From: an uncultured Chitinophaga sp.
GTDB lineage: Bacteria; Bacteroidota; Bacteroidia; NS11-12g; UBA955
Direction: 5' to 3'
Length of the DNA stretch: 40,181 nt
NCBI GenBank assembly: GCA_964600345.1
Contig: CAZRKA010000004.1
Coordinates: forward strand, 1-40,181
Positions within the stretch are counted from its first letter, which is position 1, and every line of letters begins with the position of its first letter. A program made the position numbers and the translations under genes. The notes beneath the pieces were generated by a model, which made no database searches, had not been told where the DNA came from, and saw only the letters and a list, made by a program, of their open reading frames with translations. This document shows, piece by piece, positions 27,177-37,637 of this stretch.

Positions 27177-27740
27177 ATGGCAACCAAATTAAGATTACAG
27201 CGTCATGGACGCAAAAAACAAGCCTACTACTACATTGTGGCGGCAGATTCACGTGCTCCGAGAGATGGTAGATTTATTGAAAGGATTGGTGATTACAACC
27301 CTAATTCCAACCCGGCAACAATCAACTTAGATCTGAAGAAAGCAGTGAAATGGTTAGACACGGGCGCTATCCCTACGGATACAGTTCGTGCCATTCTATC
27401 TTACAAAGGTGCAATGATGTTGCATCACTTACACGGCGGCGTTAACAAAGGTTCATTTACTGCAGAAGAAGCTGATGCTAAATTTGAACAGTGGATGAGC
27501 GAAAAAGAAGCTAAGGTTCAAAGCAAACGCGACAGACTCGCAACTGCCAAAGCCAGTACTGCTGCTGAAAAACTGAAAGCTGAAGCTAAAGTTAAAGAAG
27601 CCCGTGCTGCAGCTATTGCAGCTAAAAATGCAGTTGTTGAAGAAGCTCCCGTTGCAGAAACCAGCGAAGAAACACCGGCTGTTGAAAACAACGAATCAGC
27701 TTCCGAAAACCCAGCACCAGAAGAAAATACTGAAGCATAA
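27177..27740 (+). CDS. rpsP: 30S ribosomal protein S16 (bS16) with long Ala/Glu/Lys-rich C-terminal tail
   Basis: MATKLRLQRHGRKKQAYYYIVAADSRAPRDGRFIERIGDYNP is canonical S16. The roughly 100-aa low-complexity tail is common in Bacteroidota. Confidence 0.95.
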   Translation: MATKLRLQRHGRKKQAYYYIVAADSRAPRDGRFIERIGDYNPNSNPATINLDLKKAVKWLDTGAIPTDTVRAILSYKGAMMLHHLHGGVNKGSFTAEEADAKFEQWMSEKEAKVQSKRDRLATAKASTAAEKLKAEAKVKEARAAAIAAKNAVVEEAPVAETSEETPAVENNESASENPAPEENTEA

Positions 27741-27752
27741 TAAGCTTTTGGT

Positions 27753-28253
27753 ATGGTCTCCAAATACAATAATATTCATCAAAAACCCACCCGACAGGTG
27801 GGTTTTGTTTTGAAACCACATGGTTACGGAGGACAACTGCGCATCAGTATTGACGATGACTATCAGCCTCAGGATTTTCTTTTAATAGAAATAAATCAAA
27901 AATTTGTGCCGTTTGCCATCGAATCCTTTAACCCTGATGCCTGTATTATCAAACTTAGTGACCTTAATTCAATAGACTCGGTTCAAAATCTGCTCAACCT
28001 TCCGATCATCGAATTGATAGACCGTGTTGAGAACAATACCGAATCGCTTTTGGGTTATACACTCACAGATTCAGTCAGCGGACAGAGCTTCGAAGTGACA
28101 AACATACTTGAATACCCGGGCAACACTCTCCTTGAATTCAGATTCGGCTTCAAGGATGCTTTAATTCCGCTACACGAAGACATCGTAACTGAAATCAATC
28201 ACGAAACGAAAACAATACTTGCCCGATTTCCTGATGGCATATTAGAGCTCTGA
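27753..28253 (+). CDS. rimM: 16S rRNA processing protein RimM
   Basis: [16 protein letters not shown] matches the RimM N-terminal motif. The gene lies between rpsP and trmD. Confidence 0.85.
   Translation: MVSKYNNIHQKPTRQVGFVLKPHGYGGQLRISIDDDYQPQDFLLIEINQKFVPFAIESFNPDACIIKLSDLNSIDSVQNLLNLPIIELIDRVENNTESLLGYTLTDSVSGQSFEVTNILEYPGNTLLEFRFGFKDALIPLHEDIVTEINHETKTILARFPDGILEL
27782..27806 (+). terminator. intrinsic-terminator-like hairpin (AAAACCCACC-cgaca-GGTGGGTTTT) followed by GUUUU, inside rimM codons 10-18
   Basis: Perfect 10-bp stem, 5-nt loop and U-rich tail, read directly. It begins 42 nt after the rpsP stop. Confidence 0.6.
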
Positions 28254-28924
28254 TGAGAATTGATATAATTACTGTACAACCGGCTTTGCTCGATGGCCCT
28301 TTGAATCACTCAATTGTCAAAAGGGCTATTGATAAAGGTCTTGCAGAAATTAATCTGATTAACCTGAGAGATTATGCGCTTAACCGCTATGGCCAGGTCG
28401 ACGATTACCAGTTCGGGGGCGGTGCAGGTATGGTGCTTATGTGCGAACCCATCGCAAAAGCAATAGACGAACTGAAAGCACTCCGAAACTACGACGAAAT
28501 AATATATACAAGTCCCGACGGAGAGCTATGGAAACAGTCTCACGCCAATTTCTATTCTATGAGTCATAATATTATTTTGCTCTGCGGTCATTACAAAGGC
28601 ATTGATGAGAGAATAAGGCAACTTTACGTGACAAAAGAGATATCCATTGGCGATTTTGTACTAACAGGAGGAGAACTGGCGGCGGCCATAATATGCGACA
28701 GTATAGTGAGACTTTTACCGGGTGTACTTGGAAACGAAGAGTCTGCACTTAGCGATAGTTTTCAGGACGGTTTACTTGCTGCGCCCGTTTACACCAGACC
28801 GGCCGAATTCAGAGGTCTTAAAGTTCCTGAAGTTTTGCTTTCAGGTAATTTCAAACTCATTGAAGAATGGCGTATGGAACAGGCCGAAGAGAGAACTAAA
28901 TCCAGAAGACCCGATTTACTTTAA
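28253..28924 (+). CDS. trmD: tRNA (guanine37-N1)-methyltransferase
   Basis: [31 protein letters not shown] and [14 protein letters not shown]. The ATG overlaps the rimM TGA (TGATG). Confidence 0.95.
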   Translation: MRIDIITVQPALLDGPLNHSIVKRAIDKGLAEINLINLRDYALNRYGQVDDYQFGGGAGMVLMCEPIAKAIDELKALRNYDEIIYTSPDGELWKQSHANFYSMSHNIILLCGHYKGIDERIRQLYVTKEISIGDFVLTGGELAAAIICDSIVRLLPGVLGNEESALSDSFQDGLLAAPVYTRPAEFRGLKVPEVLLSGNFKLIEEWRMEQAEERTKSRRPDLL

Positions 28925-28932
28925 TATATACA

Positions 28933-29703
28933 ATGATACTGCAACTCAATAAACCACTTGTAATTTTCGACCTCGAAACGACAGGAATAAACACATCCAA
29001 AGACAGAATTGTTGAACTGTGCATGATCAGAATTCAATCAGACGGTCAGCGCAGCGATTTAAATCTCAGATTTAATCCGGGAATACCGATTCCTCCCGAA
29101 GTAAGCGCCATTCACGGGATATTTGACGCCGACGTCGCCAATGAACCTAAATTCAGCGAAAAAGCTGCAGAAATAGCCCAGTTTCTTAACAATTGTGATT
29201 TTGCGGGCTTTAACAGCAATAAATTCGATTTCCCAATGCTGGTTGAAGAATTTTACCGTGCCGGACTTGATTTTGATATCAGTAAAAGAAAATTTATAGA
29301 TGCACAGAAAATCTTCCATTTAATGGAACCGAGGAATCTTAGCGCTGCCTATAAATTCTATTGCAGTAAAGAACTCAGCAATGCCCATAGTGCCAAAGCA
29401 GATACGGAGGCTACCTGGGAAATCATTCAGTCTCAATTACAGCGTTACAGTAACCTTGAACCAAATATTGATTTTTTACATAAGTTCAGCGGTCAGAGTA
29501 ACCTTGCCGATCTGGCGGGAAGACTGGTATATAATGATAAGCAAGAGGTGGTATTTAATTTCGGCAAACACAAAGGCAGGACGGTAAGTGACGTATTCAA
29601 AACAGATCTGGGGTACTACGACTGGATGATGCAGGGCGATTTCCCCATGCAAACCAAAAAAGTATTAACCCGGCTCAAATTGAAAATGATTAACAATAAG
29701 TAA
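28933..29703 (+). CDS. DEDDh 3'-5' exonuclease (DnaQ/epsilon-like) with C-terminal DUF3820-like tail
   Basis: ExoI FDLETTG, ExoII FNSNKFDFPML, ExoIII HSAKADTEAT (H-x4-D). C-terminal tail FGKHKGRTVSDVFKTDLGYYDWMMQGDFP. Confidence 0.85.
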   Translation: MILQLNKPLVIFDLETTGINTSKDRIVELCMIRIQSDGQRSDLNLRFNPGIPIPPEVSAIHGIFDADVANEPKFSEKAAEIAQFLNNCDFAGFNSNKFDFPMLVEEFYRAGLDFDISKRKFIDAQKIFHLMEPRNLSAAYKFYCSKELSNAHSAKADTEATWEIIQSQLQRYSNLEPNIDFLHKFSGQSNLADLAGRLVYNDKQEVVFNFGKHKGRTVSDVFKTDLGYYDWMMQGDFPMQTKKVLTRLKLKMINNK

Positions 29704-29708
29704 GAGAA

Positions 29709-30440
29709 ATGGCAGTTGCAGTCAAACTAAATGATCTGATAGTATATGAAGATAATTCGGTCATAGCCATTAACAAACCTGCAGGACTGGCTTCTTTGCA
29801 CGAGAGATTTGACAGTGGTTTACTGTCTGTTATCAGTCTTTGCAGGAATCAAAACGAATCTTATATACTCTGCCACAGACTCGATCGCGAAACATCGGGA
29901 GTAATGCTGATTGCAAAAGATCAGGAAACCTATAAATATATCAGCGCCCAGTTTGAAAAAAGAACTGTGGAGAAAGTTTATCACGCAATAGTCGGCACCT
30001 CTGTTAGCATCAGCAACCTGATTGTCGATTTGCCTTTGTATACCGATAGCAAAAGAAGGGTACAGATTTCCAGAAAAGAAGGCAAACCATCGTTGACGGT
30101 ATTCGACAAATTAAAGCAATATAAGCATTTCACATTATTGTCCTGTAAGCCGAAAACAGGCCGTCTGCACCAGATCAGAATTCATGCGGCATCTCAAAAT
30201 TTACCTCTCATCTCTGATACGCTTTACGGCGGTAAACCTGCTTTTCTTTCTCAGATAAAGAAAAATGCTAAATTCTCGGGCGAAACTGAAAAACCCATGA
30301 TAGACAGGGTTGCGCTTCATGCATACAGCATTGAGTTTGACAGTCCTGACAAAGGCAAAGTAAAAATAGTTGCAGATTATCCAAAAGATTTTGAAGTTAT
30401 GTTAAAGCTGCTCGACAAATACGATGCCTTAGAATCCTGA
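29709..30440 (+). CDS. RluA-family pseudouridine synthase
   Basis: HRLDRETSGVMLIAK (catalytic Asp motif) and GRLHQIRIH. Confidence 0.9.
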   Translation: MAVAVKLNDLIVYEDNSVIAINKPAGLASLHERFDSGLLSVISLCRNQNESYILCHRLDRETSGVMLIAKDQETYKYISAQFEKRTVEKVYHAIVGTSVSISNLIVDLPLYTDSKRRVQISRKEGKPSLTVFDKLKQYKHFTLLSCKPKTGRLHQIRIHAASQNLPLISDTLYGGKPAFLSQIKKNAKFSGETEKPMIDRVALHAYSIEFDSPDKGKVKIVADYPKDFEVMLKLLDKYDALES

Positions 30441-30506
30441 ACTGTTTATTAAAAACTTTTAACGAAGATTCTATATATTATTTTCCGGCTTTCATATTTT
30501 CGGCGA

Positions 30507-31085
30507 ATGGAAAGCAAAATAAGGGAAATGTTCGACCGTCAGGCCATACTGACTCACGAAGAATGGGATCTGTTTAAAAGTAAATTGATCCGCAAATACC
30601 TTAAAAAGGACGAATTTTTACTAAAGGAGGGAGAAACAGAACAGTATCTGTCTTTTATAGTAAAAGGAACTATCCGCGTTTTCACTTATAATAAAAACGA
30701 TGAAGACATTTCTGTAGGATTTGCTTCTGAAAATTCATTTTGCAGCAGTTATGCCTCCTTCATTTCCGGTAAACCATCCAGAGTAAATGTTCAGGCACTC
30801 GAAGATTGCGAACTTCTCCGCATGCCGCATGCCGAACTACAGAAACTATATGCCTGCTCCCATACAGGAGAGCGCCTTGGAAGAATAAATGCCGAACAGT
30901 ACTTATGCTACCGTGAGGAAAGGGAAATTATGCTGCTTACCATGGATGCCGCCGACCGATACAGGTATTTAATCGAAAAACATCCCGATTTGATCCGTCT
31001 GATAAAACTTGGGCATATAGCGACATACTTAGGAATAACGCCGCAAAGCCTTAGCCGGATCAGAAGAGGACTTGCGGTTTCTTAA
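30507..31085 (+). CDS. Crp/Fnr-family transcriptional regulator
   Basis: cNMP-binding beta-roll (FLLKEGETEQYLSFIVKGTIRVF) plus a C-terminal HTH (IATYLGITPQSLSRIRR). Confidence 0.8.
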   Translation: MESKIREMFDRQAILTHEEWDLFKSKLIRKYLKKDEFLLKEGETEQYLSFIVKGTIRVFTYNKNDEDISVGFASENSFCSSYASFISGKPSRVNVQALEDCELLRMPHAELQKLYACSHTGERLGRINAEQYLCYREEREIMLLTMDAADRYRYLIEKHPDLIRLIKLGHIATYLGITPQSLSRIRRGLAVS

Positions 31086-31129
31086 CAATTGGTAATTTTT
31101 AATTTAGTTTTCATGCTTTGTTTTGCATT

Positions 31130-33469
31130 ATGAAAACATTTTTTGTACTGATCATTATATTCATCAATAATTTAAATGCTCAGGTATTTGTTCAAACTGT
31201 GAGAGGAAGGGTAGTAGACGGACAATCCATTAGTCCTGTAGCTAATGCCATTGTTGAAGTTCGCGATTCGGGATCTTATCTTTTTAGTGATACCTGCGAC
31301 AGCCGTGGTTATTTTCAAATTCTAAATGTACCTGCCGGCCGAATCAATATTAAAGTGACTGCAGTAAACTATAGTGAATACAATGTTTATGATGTTATTC
31401 ACCAGTCGGGTAAAGAAACAGTTCTCGAAATTGAATTATTTGAAAAGGTGAGTGACCTTAAAGGTGGCAGCGTTAAAGCTAAATCAAAAGGAGGACTCAA
31501 CAACAGCAATATCAGCTTAAGTGCAAGATCTTTCGAAATTGAAGATACCAGGAGATATGCCGGAAGCCGTAACGACCCGGCAAGGATGGCAAGTAATTTT
31601 GCCGGGGTAGTAGGAAACAACGACTCGAGAAATGATATCATTATCAGGGGAAATTCGCCACAGGGGCTTTTGTGGCGTATGGATGGTATTGATATTCCCA
31701 ATCCCAATCATTTCGGTGCAATGGGCGCCTCCGGTGGTCCGGTAACAATTCTGAATAACAATGTTCTCTCCCGATCCGATTTTATGACCGGGGCTTTTCC
31801 GGCTGCCTATGGCAATGCAACTGCCGGGGTATTTGATTTACAAATGAGGAAAGGCAATAAGAGCAAACAGGAATTTACGGGACAGATTGGCTTTAACGGT
31901 TTCGAAGCCGGAGCAGAAGGACCAATAAATCGCCAAAACAAATCATCTTACCTTTTCAATTACAGATATTCTACTCTGGCCATCCTTCAAAAAATAGGTA
32001 TGAATTTCGGCACAGGTACTGCAATTCCTTATTACCAGGATATCAGTTTCAAAATCGACCTCCCGTTTAAAAAAGATCATTTGAGTATTTTCGGCATTGG
32101 TGGTATCAGCAATATACATTTTGAATACGAAGACAGCCGCGATTCTTCTAATCTATACAGCAATGGCAATCAGGACCTGAAATACAGAACTTCAATGGGT
32201 GTGGCCGGCTTGTCTTATACAAGGTTGTTCAGTACTAAACTATACCTTAAAACCTCCATCGGTAGCACCTACACAGGGGTTGAAACCATTGCCGATTCGG
32301 TAGGAGATAGTAAAAGGGTAGGTGTGTACCGCGACAAATCCCGTTCTTCCAGATTAATTCTCAATACGGTTCTCAATTACAAACACAATGCTTCCAAATT
32401 ATTTAATCTTGGCATTAATATTCAGAATATAGGATTCAACTTCATAGACAGTGTCAGGGAGAACAACAACCTGAAAGCCCTCAGAAATGATAAAGGTTCA
32501 ACTGTTTTACTCCAGGCTTTTGCTACTTATCAGTATAAATTTACACAACTAACAACGCTTAATACCGGTTTGCATTATCAGCAATTAACCCTCAATAACT
32601 CTTATGCACTTGAACCCAGAATCGGACTTTCACATCAGTTAAACCGCAAACAAAAACTGAGTTTCGGTGCCGGTATGCACAGCCAGATTCAGAATCTCCA
32701 GATGTATTTTCTGAAAACTGAATTAAATACCGGCAGTGTCCAAACCAATAAATCACTTGGAATGAGTAAGAGCATTCATACAGTTGCCGCATACGAATAT
32801 CAGATTTCCAGATACTGGAGATTTAAAACCGAAGCCTATTATCAGCACGTTTACAATATTCCGGTTACCACTGCGGCTTCTTATTATTCTGCCATTAATG
32901 AAGGTGCAGATTTTAATACACCTGCAACAGACAGCCTCACCAATAAAGGGACCGGAAAGAATTTAGGACTTGAAATTACTATAGAAAAAAATTTCAATAA
33001 AGGATTCTATACACTCAATTCTTTATCAATTTACGATTCTAAATACAAGGGGAGTAATGGCATAGAAAAAAACACTGCATTTAACGGTCAGTTTATTTTC
33101 AATACCCTTTGTGGCAAAGAACTTAAAATCGGCAGAAAAAATGTTCTGGCTTTTGATACTAAGATTTCAATTGCGGGCGGCAGACGCTATACACCTATAG
33201 ATCTGGCTGCTTCAAGACTTTACCAGAGGCAGGTTTACATCAGCGAACAAACTTTTGACAAACAATTTGATACTTATTTCAGAATAGATTTCAAACTTTC
33301 ATACAGGCGCAATGGCAATAAAATATCTCAGGAATGGTTTGTAGATATCCAGAATATCAGCAACAGGAAAAACATCTTCATCCAGGGCTATGATGCCATC
33401 AAAGGCGACATTGTCACACAATATCAACTGGGTTTGTTTCCTAATTTCAATTACAGAATCAATTTCTGA
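31130..33469 (+). CDS. TonB-dependent receptor with N-terminal carboxypeptidase-regulatory-like domain
   Basis: Signal peptide, VRGRVVDGQSISPVANAIVEV (CarbopepD_reg-like) and plug-like IIIRGNSPQGLLWRMDGIDIPNPNHF. A long beta-barrel ends in NYRINF. Start moved to ATG 31130. Confidence 0.85.
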   Translation: MKTFFVLIIIFINNLNAQVFVQTVRGRVVDGQSISPVANAIVEVRDSGSYLFSDTCDSRGYFQILNVPAGRINIKVTAVNYSEYNVYDVIHQSGKETVLEIELFEKVSDLKGGSVKAKSKGGLNNSNISLSARSFEIEDTRRYAGSRNDPARMASNFAGVVGNNDSRNDIIIRGNSPQGLLWRMDGIDIPNPNHFGAMGASGGPVTILNNNVLSRSDFMTGAFPAAYGNATAGVFDLQMRKGNKSKQEFTGQIGFNGFEAGAEGPINRQNKSSYLFNYRYSTLAILQKIGMNFGTGTAIPYYQDISFKIDLPFKKDHLSIFGIGGISNIHFEYEDSRDSSNLYSNGNQDLKYRTSMGVAGLSYTRLFSTKLYLKTSIGSTYTGVETIADSVGDSKRVGVYRDKSRSSRLILNTVLNYKHNASKLFNLGINIQNIGFNFIDSVRENNNLKALRNDKGSTVLLQAFATYQYKFTQLTTLNTGLHYQQLTLNNSYALEPRIGLSHQLNRKQKLSFGAGMHSQIQNLQMYFLKTELNTGSVQTNKSLGMSKSIHTVAAYEYQISRYWRFKTEAYYQHVYNIPVTTAASYYSAINEGADFNTPATDSLTNKGTGKNLGLEITIEKNFNKGFYTLNSLSIYDSKYKGSNGIEKNTAFNGQFIFNTLCGKELKIGRKNVLAFDTKISIAGGRRYTPIDLAASRLYQRQVYISEQTFDKQFDTYFRIDFKLSYRRNGNKISQEWFVDIQNISNRKNIFIQGYDAIKGDIVTQYQLGLFPNFNYRINF

Positions 33470-33998
33470 TATCAAGTAATTCCTTGGCCTGCAAAAAATG
33501 TCTTTCCTCGTGAGCAAGTATGATTTCCACTGCCGTATCCAGGTTGTATACTATAATCCTGTTTGCCGGTGAAGATATTACAGTTTGATTGTCCATAAAA
33601 GTCCGGCATTGTTCAATTTTGGATTTCAATATTTCCTGACTATCCAGAAAACCGGTTAATACCCCCGTTATATTACTTCTTGATGGCTCCCATACCGGAA
33701 AGGTCTTTATTTTTTTTCTTCTGTCGGGCGAAACCGATTCAAGTATCATTTTCCCAAAAAAACGAACTAAAAAAGGGAACTTTCCCATAAACGGTTTTTT
33801 ATAAGTTCCCGCCGCAATTTCATCAAATACAAGAAAATAACTCGAATTGATTTTTATCAGATGATCAGTAATCTGAGCTATGCTCCATACCGCAGGCGAG
33901 GGTTTAAGGTTAATCTCATCCTCGCTCAAACTTCCGAATGCTGTTTTAAATTTGAAGCTTAATAAATCGATTCTTTCCTGTCTTGTTAAAACACTCAT
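33459..33998 (-). CDS. DinB-family (four-helix bundle) protein
   Basis: WSIAQITDHL near the N-terminus and AHEERHFLQAKE near the C-terminus fit the DinB/DinB_2 His pattern. The 3' end overlaps the receptor gene convergently by 11 nt. Confidence 0.7.
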   Translation of the reverse strand: MSVLTRQERIDLLSFKFKTAFGSLSEDEINLKPSPAVWSIAQITDHLIKINSSYFLVFDEIAAGTYKKPFMGKFPFLVRFFGKMILESVSPDRRKKIKTFPVWEPSRSNITGVLTGFLDSQEILKSKIEQCRTFMDNQTVISSPANRIIVYNLDTAVEIILAHEERHFLQAKELLDIRN

Positions 33999-34038
33999 AT
34001 CTTATTCAAAATTAAAACAAAATGAAATAAAAAAGCAT

Positions 34039-34066
34039 AAAAAAACCCGGAATCAATTCCGGGTTT
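34039..34066 (-). terminator. rho-independent terminator after the leucine dehydrogenase gene
   Basis: Minus-strand RNA AAACCCGGAA-UUGA-UUCCGGGUUU (10-bp stem) is followed by UUUU. It lies 19 nt downstream of the stop at 34085. Confidence 0.75.
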
Positions 34067-34084
34067 CTAAAAAGTTTAAGTAAA

Positions 34085-35185
34085 CTATATCTTGGATTGA
34101 AGTACCATAGTGTCGTAAACACGCTTTTCAGCTAATTTGATGGCAGCAAGCTGGGTGTTTATATTATCCTGTTCAGCTTTGTTGTAAATATCCAGAACTG
34201 TGTTGTAAATATTTTCAGTTTGAGCAAAGGCAATTTCTCTGACATATCCATTGTACTCACTGTATACATTGATAAGTCCACCTGCGTTGATTAGGAAATC
34301 AGGAGCGTAGAATATGCCTTTGGCTTTAATCATGTCGCCGTGTATGGTTTCGTCTTCCAGCTGATTATTGGCAGCACCTGCAACTATGCGACATTTCAAC
34401 TGATTTATATTTTCAGTATTTAATATGGCACCCAAAGCGCATGGAGCGAATATATCAACATCCTGAGAGAAAATCTCTGCAGGTGCAACAATATTAGCAC
34501 CGAATTTATCAGAAGCGATCTTGAGTCCGCTTTCAAAAATATCACTAACGATGATATGTGCACCGTCTTTGTGAAGCAACTCAATAAGGTGTAATCCTAC
34601 TTTACCTGCTCCCTGAACCGCAATTTTCTTACCTCCAAGGTTATCACTGCCCCAGGCTTTTTTAGCACTGGCCTTGATGCCCATGTATACACCGTAAGCA
34701 GTAACCGGACTTGGATCTCCGCCACCACCCATTATTTCCGGAAGCCCAACAACATGATTGGTCTCCATTTTCACGTATTCCATATCCTTGGTGGTTGTTC
34801 CAACATCTTCGGCAGTTACATATTTACCGCCAAGATTCTCAACAAAACGCCCGAATTTACGCATCAGATGTTCTGATTTATCTTTGGCCGGATCGCCGAT
34901 TATAACTGCTTTGGCACCGCCAAGATTAAGACCGCTGATGGCAGCTTTGTAGGTCATGCCCCTAGAAAGTCTCAATGCATCATTAATTGCTTCTGTTTCG
35001 TTTGCATATTTCCACATTCTGGTACCACCCAGACCCGGACCCAGAACCGTATTGTGAATTGCAATAATCGCCTTTAAACCTGTATGCTTGTCCTGGCAGA
35101 TAAGAACCTGTTCGTGATCGTACTGCGCGACTTTGGCAAACACGTCAAATTGTGTTTCGTTTGTACTGGCTTTTGCTTGACTCAT
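34085..35185 (-). CDS. leucine dehydrogenase (Glu/Leu/Phe/Val dehydrogenase family)
   Basis: GGTRMW, KAAISGLNLGGAKAVI (catalytic Lys region) and Rossmann VQGAGKVGLHL. At 366 aa it fits the Leu/Val dehydrogenase subgroup. Confidence 0.88.
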   Translation of the reverse strand: MSQAKASTNETQFDVFAKVAQYDHEQVLICQDKHTGLKAIIAIHNTVLGPGLGGTRMWKYANETEAINDALRLSRGMTYKAAISGLNLGGAKAVIIGDPAKDKSEHLMRKFGRFVENLGGKYVTAEDVGTTTKDMEYVKMETNHVVGLPEIMGGGGDPSPVTAYGVYMGIKASAKKAWGSDNLGGKKIAVQGAGKVGLHLIELLHKDGAHIIVSDIFESGLKIASDKFGANIVAPAEIFSQDVDIFAPCALGAILNTENINQLKCRIVAGAANNQLEDETIHGDMIKAKGIFYAPDFLINAGGLINVYSEYNGYVREIAFAQTENIYNTVLDIYNKAEQDNINTQLAAIKLAEKRVYDTMVLQSKI

Positions 35186-35261
35186 TTCTTGTGTATGTTT
35201 AGCTAAAAATTTAAAGGTGCAAATGTAGTTATTTTTCCGGGCTTATAATAGTAATAATTGT

Positions 35262-36215
35262 TTATTTAATAGCTGCCCGGTTCATGCGGTCATTAATTGC
35301 AGCTCCAAGCCCGGTTTCAGGGACTTTAGCTGCTATTATCAGCTCCGGTTTCAGACTGTCAAGCAAACGCATATAATGAAACAGATTTCTCGCAGCTTCA
35401 TTCATATCGGCAGTTTTACTTAAATTCAAGACATAAACACCCTCCGGAACACTAATATCTCCAAAACCAAGTACTGCAGGATTTCTGTGCCTGTTTTTTA
35501 AGAGTGTACCCTGTAAATCATCTGTTAATAAGAATGGTGTTAAAGGTGAATAGTGTTTATCCAACTGACCGGGTGCCGAAGGGTTACTGCCGGCATTGAT
35601 ACTTATTTTTACTTTTTGTCCTGTACAGTCTTCAATGTCGTGCAACGATAAACCACCAAGGCGCAAGACTTTCAGTTCAGACTCACTGCAGTCAATGATG
35701 GTGCTTTCAAGTCCAATACCACACTCACCTCCATCAAGAATATATTTTAATTCAGATCCAAGTTGCTCTGCCACATGTTCGGCCCTGGTAGGACTGATAT
35801 ACCCGAAAGGGTTGGCACTTGGTGCAGCAATAGGAAAATCAAGTATAGACAACAAATTCAGAGTAAGCGGGTGTGCAGGTATTCTGACCGCGACCAGATC
35901 ACTGCCTGAAGTCACTATATCAGGTATTATATCTGATTTATACAATAATAAGGTCATAGGGCCCGGCCAGAATCTGTTGGCCAGTTTTTCGGCAATTGGC
36001 GGCAATTCGCGTACATATTTCCTTACTGAACCCAAATCGTGACAATGAATAATTAAAGGATCGAAGAATGGGCGATTTTTAACTCGAAAAACAGAAACTA
36101 CGGCATCTTCGTTCAATGCATTTGCAGCCAGACCATATACAGTTTCTGTAGGAACAGCCACCAGCTCACCGGCACGCAGTAAATCCGCAGCCTGTTCAAT
36201 ACTGCCTCCGGTCAT
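35262..36215 (-). CDS. L-threonylcarbamoyladenylate synthase (Sua5/TsaC type, with SUA5 C-terminal domain)
   Basis: LRAGELVAVPTETVYGLAANA indicates a YrdC domain. The 317-aa length implies the additional Sua5 domain. Confidence 0.9.
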   Translation of the reverse strand: MTGGSIEQAADLLRAGELVAVPTETVYGLAANALNEDAVVSVFRVKNRPFFDPLIIHCHDLGSVRKYVRELPPIAEKLANRFWPGPMTLLLYKSDIIPDIVTSGSDLVAVRIPAHPLTLNLLSILDFPIAAPSANPFGYISPTRAEHVAEQLGSELKYILDGGECGIGLESTIIDCSESELKVLRLGGLSLHDIEDCTGQKVKISINAGSNPSAPGQLDKHYSPLTPFLLTDDLQGTLLKNRHRNPAVLGFGDISVPEGVYVLNLSKTADMNEAARNLFHYMRLLDSLKPELIIAAKVPETGLGAAINDRMNRAAIK

Positions 36216-36216
36216 T

Positions 36217-37572
36217 TCAGTTTCTTTTTAAACTGTATTTATCTATCTTGTTGTATAAATGACTCCTCTGAATATCAATTTCAACAGCAGTCTTGGCTAC
36301 ATTCCAGTTGTTTTTCTTCAGTTTGGCCTCGAGGAAAATGGTTTCTGCATAATCTTTAAAGTCCTGGAACTTGTCGAATTTATCAATCATGATATTCTGG
36401 GATTTTGAAACCGGAGTCGAAGGATTGCTGTATGCAATGACATCTTCTACGGTTATCTTTGCTTCTGACAGTATGACCAGACGTTCGATAACATTGCGCA
36501 GTTCTCTGATATTTCCCGACCAGTTGACGTTCTTTAATTCATCCAGGGCTCCGGGAGCAAAGTTCTTTTTAACCCCGTTATCTTCGCATATTTCTTTCAG
36601 AAATTTTTCTGCTATAACCGGAATATCCTCAATTCTTTCATTAAGGGTCGGCACATGTATCATTATCACGCTCAGGCGGTGATATAAATCCATGCGAAAA
36701 TTGCCCTTGTCTATTTCTTCAGTGAGGTTTTTATTTGTAGCCGCAAGAACCCTGACATCCACATGAATGGCTTTGTCGCCTCCAACTCTCTGCAATACAC
36801 CCTCCTGAATTACCCTCAGCACCTTTGCCTGAGCCGAGAGACTCATGTCACCGATTTCATCCAGAAACAGAGTGCCTCCGTTAGCCTGTTCAAATTTTCC
36901 TATTCTTTGTTTAATAGCTGTTGTAAATGCGCCTTTCTCATGGCCGAAAAGCTCACTTTCTATCAACTCAGAAGGAATAGCAGCGCAGTTAACTTCTATC
37001 AAAGGCATATTGGCCCTGTTGCTTTTTTCGTGAATCCAGCGTGCCACAAGCTCTTTTCCTGTTCCGTTCTCACCGGTTATCAACACCCTCGCATCAGTTG
37101 GAGCTACCTTGCTAATGGTATCTTTAATTTTTTGAATGGAAGGGGTTTCACCTATGATGTCTCTGGTTTTTGATACTTTCCGTCTTAAGACCTTGGTTTC
37201 TACAACCAGATTGTTTTTTTCAACTGCATTGCGGATGGTTATCAGCAGACGATTCAGATCAGGGGGTTTGGATATAAAATCGTAAGCTCCTTTCCTGACT
37301 GCCTCGACAGCAATTTCAATTGTACCATGTCCCGAAATAAGTATGAATGGCACCTCAGGCGAAATTTCGGCCGCTTTAGCCATAACTTCGAGTCCATCCA
37401 TGCCTGGCATCTTGATATCGCATAACACAACATCGTAATCGTTTTCATTCAGGAGCTCAAGTCCCTTTTTGCCATTCTCTACAATATCAACCTGATATTG
37501 TTCGGCTGTAAGTATATTGTGAAGTGCGTCCCTGATTGGTTTTTCATCGTCGATTACAAGTATTTTAGGCAT
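36217..37572 (-). CDS. sigma54-dependent response regulator (NtrC/Fis family)
   Basis: REC domain ([18 protein letters not shown]). AAA+ sigma54-interaction domain ([24 protein letters not shown] as a GAFTGA variant). C-terminal Fis-type HTH. Start moved to ATG 37572 ([10 protein letters not shown]). Confidence 0.9.
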   Translation of the reverse strand: MPKILVIDDEKPIRDALHNILTAEQYQVDIVENGKKGLELLNENDYDVVLCDIKMPGMDGLEVMAKAAEISPEVPFILISGHGTIEIAVEAVRKGAYDFISKPPDLNRLLITIRNAVEKNNLVVETKVLRRKVSKTRDIIGETPSIQKIKDTISKVAPTDARVLITGENGTGKELVARWIHEKSNRANMPLIEVNCAAIPSELIESELFGHEKGAFTTAIKQRIGKFEQANGGTLFLDEIGDMSLSAQAKVLRVIQEGVLQRVGGDKAIHVDVRVLAATNKNLTEEIDKGNFRMDLYHRLSVIMIHVPTLNERIEDIPVIAEKFLKEICEDNGVKKNFAPGALDELKNVNWSGNIRELRNVIERLVILSEAKITVEDVIAYSNPSTPVSKSQNIMIDKFDKFQDFKDYAETIFLEAKLKKNNWNVAKTAVEIDIQRSHLYNKIDKYSLKRN

Positions 37573-37587
37573 AAAGAATAGTGTAGT

Positions 37588-37595
37588 CAAAATTA
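37588..37595 (-). promoter_or_regulatory. candidate -7 box (TAATTTTG) for the response-regulator gene
   Basis: The reverse complement of caaaatta is an exact TAnnTTTG, 16 nt upstream of ATG 37572. Confidence 0.4.
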
Positions 37596-37637
37596 TACAA
37601 TTATGACCCAAGCGAAATAAACAAGTTTTAGACAGAA

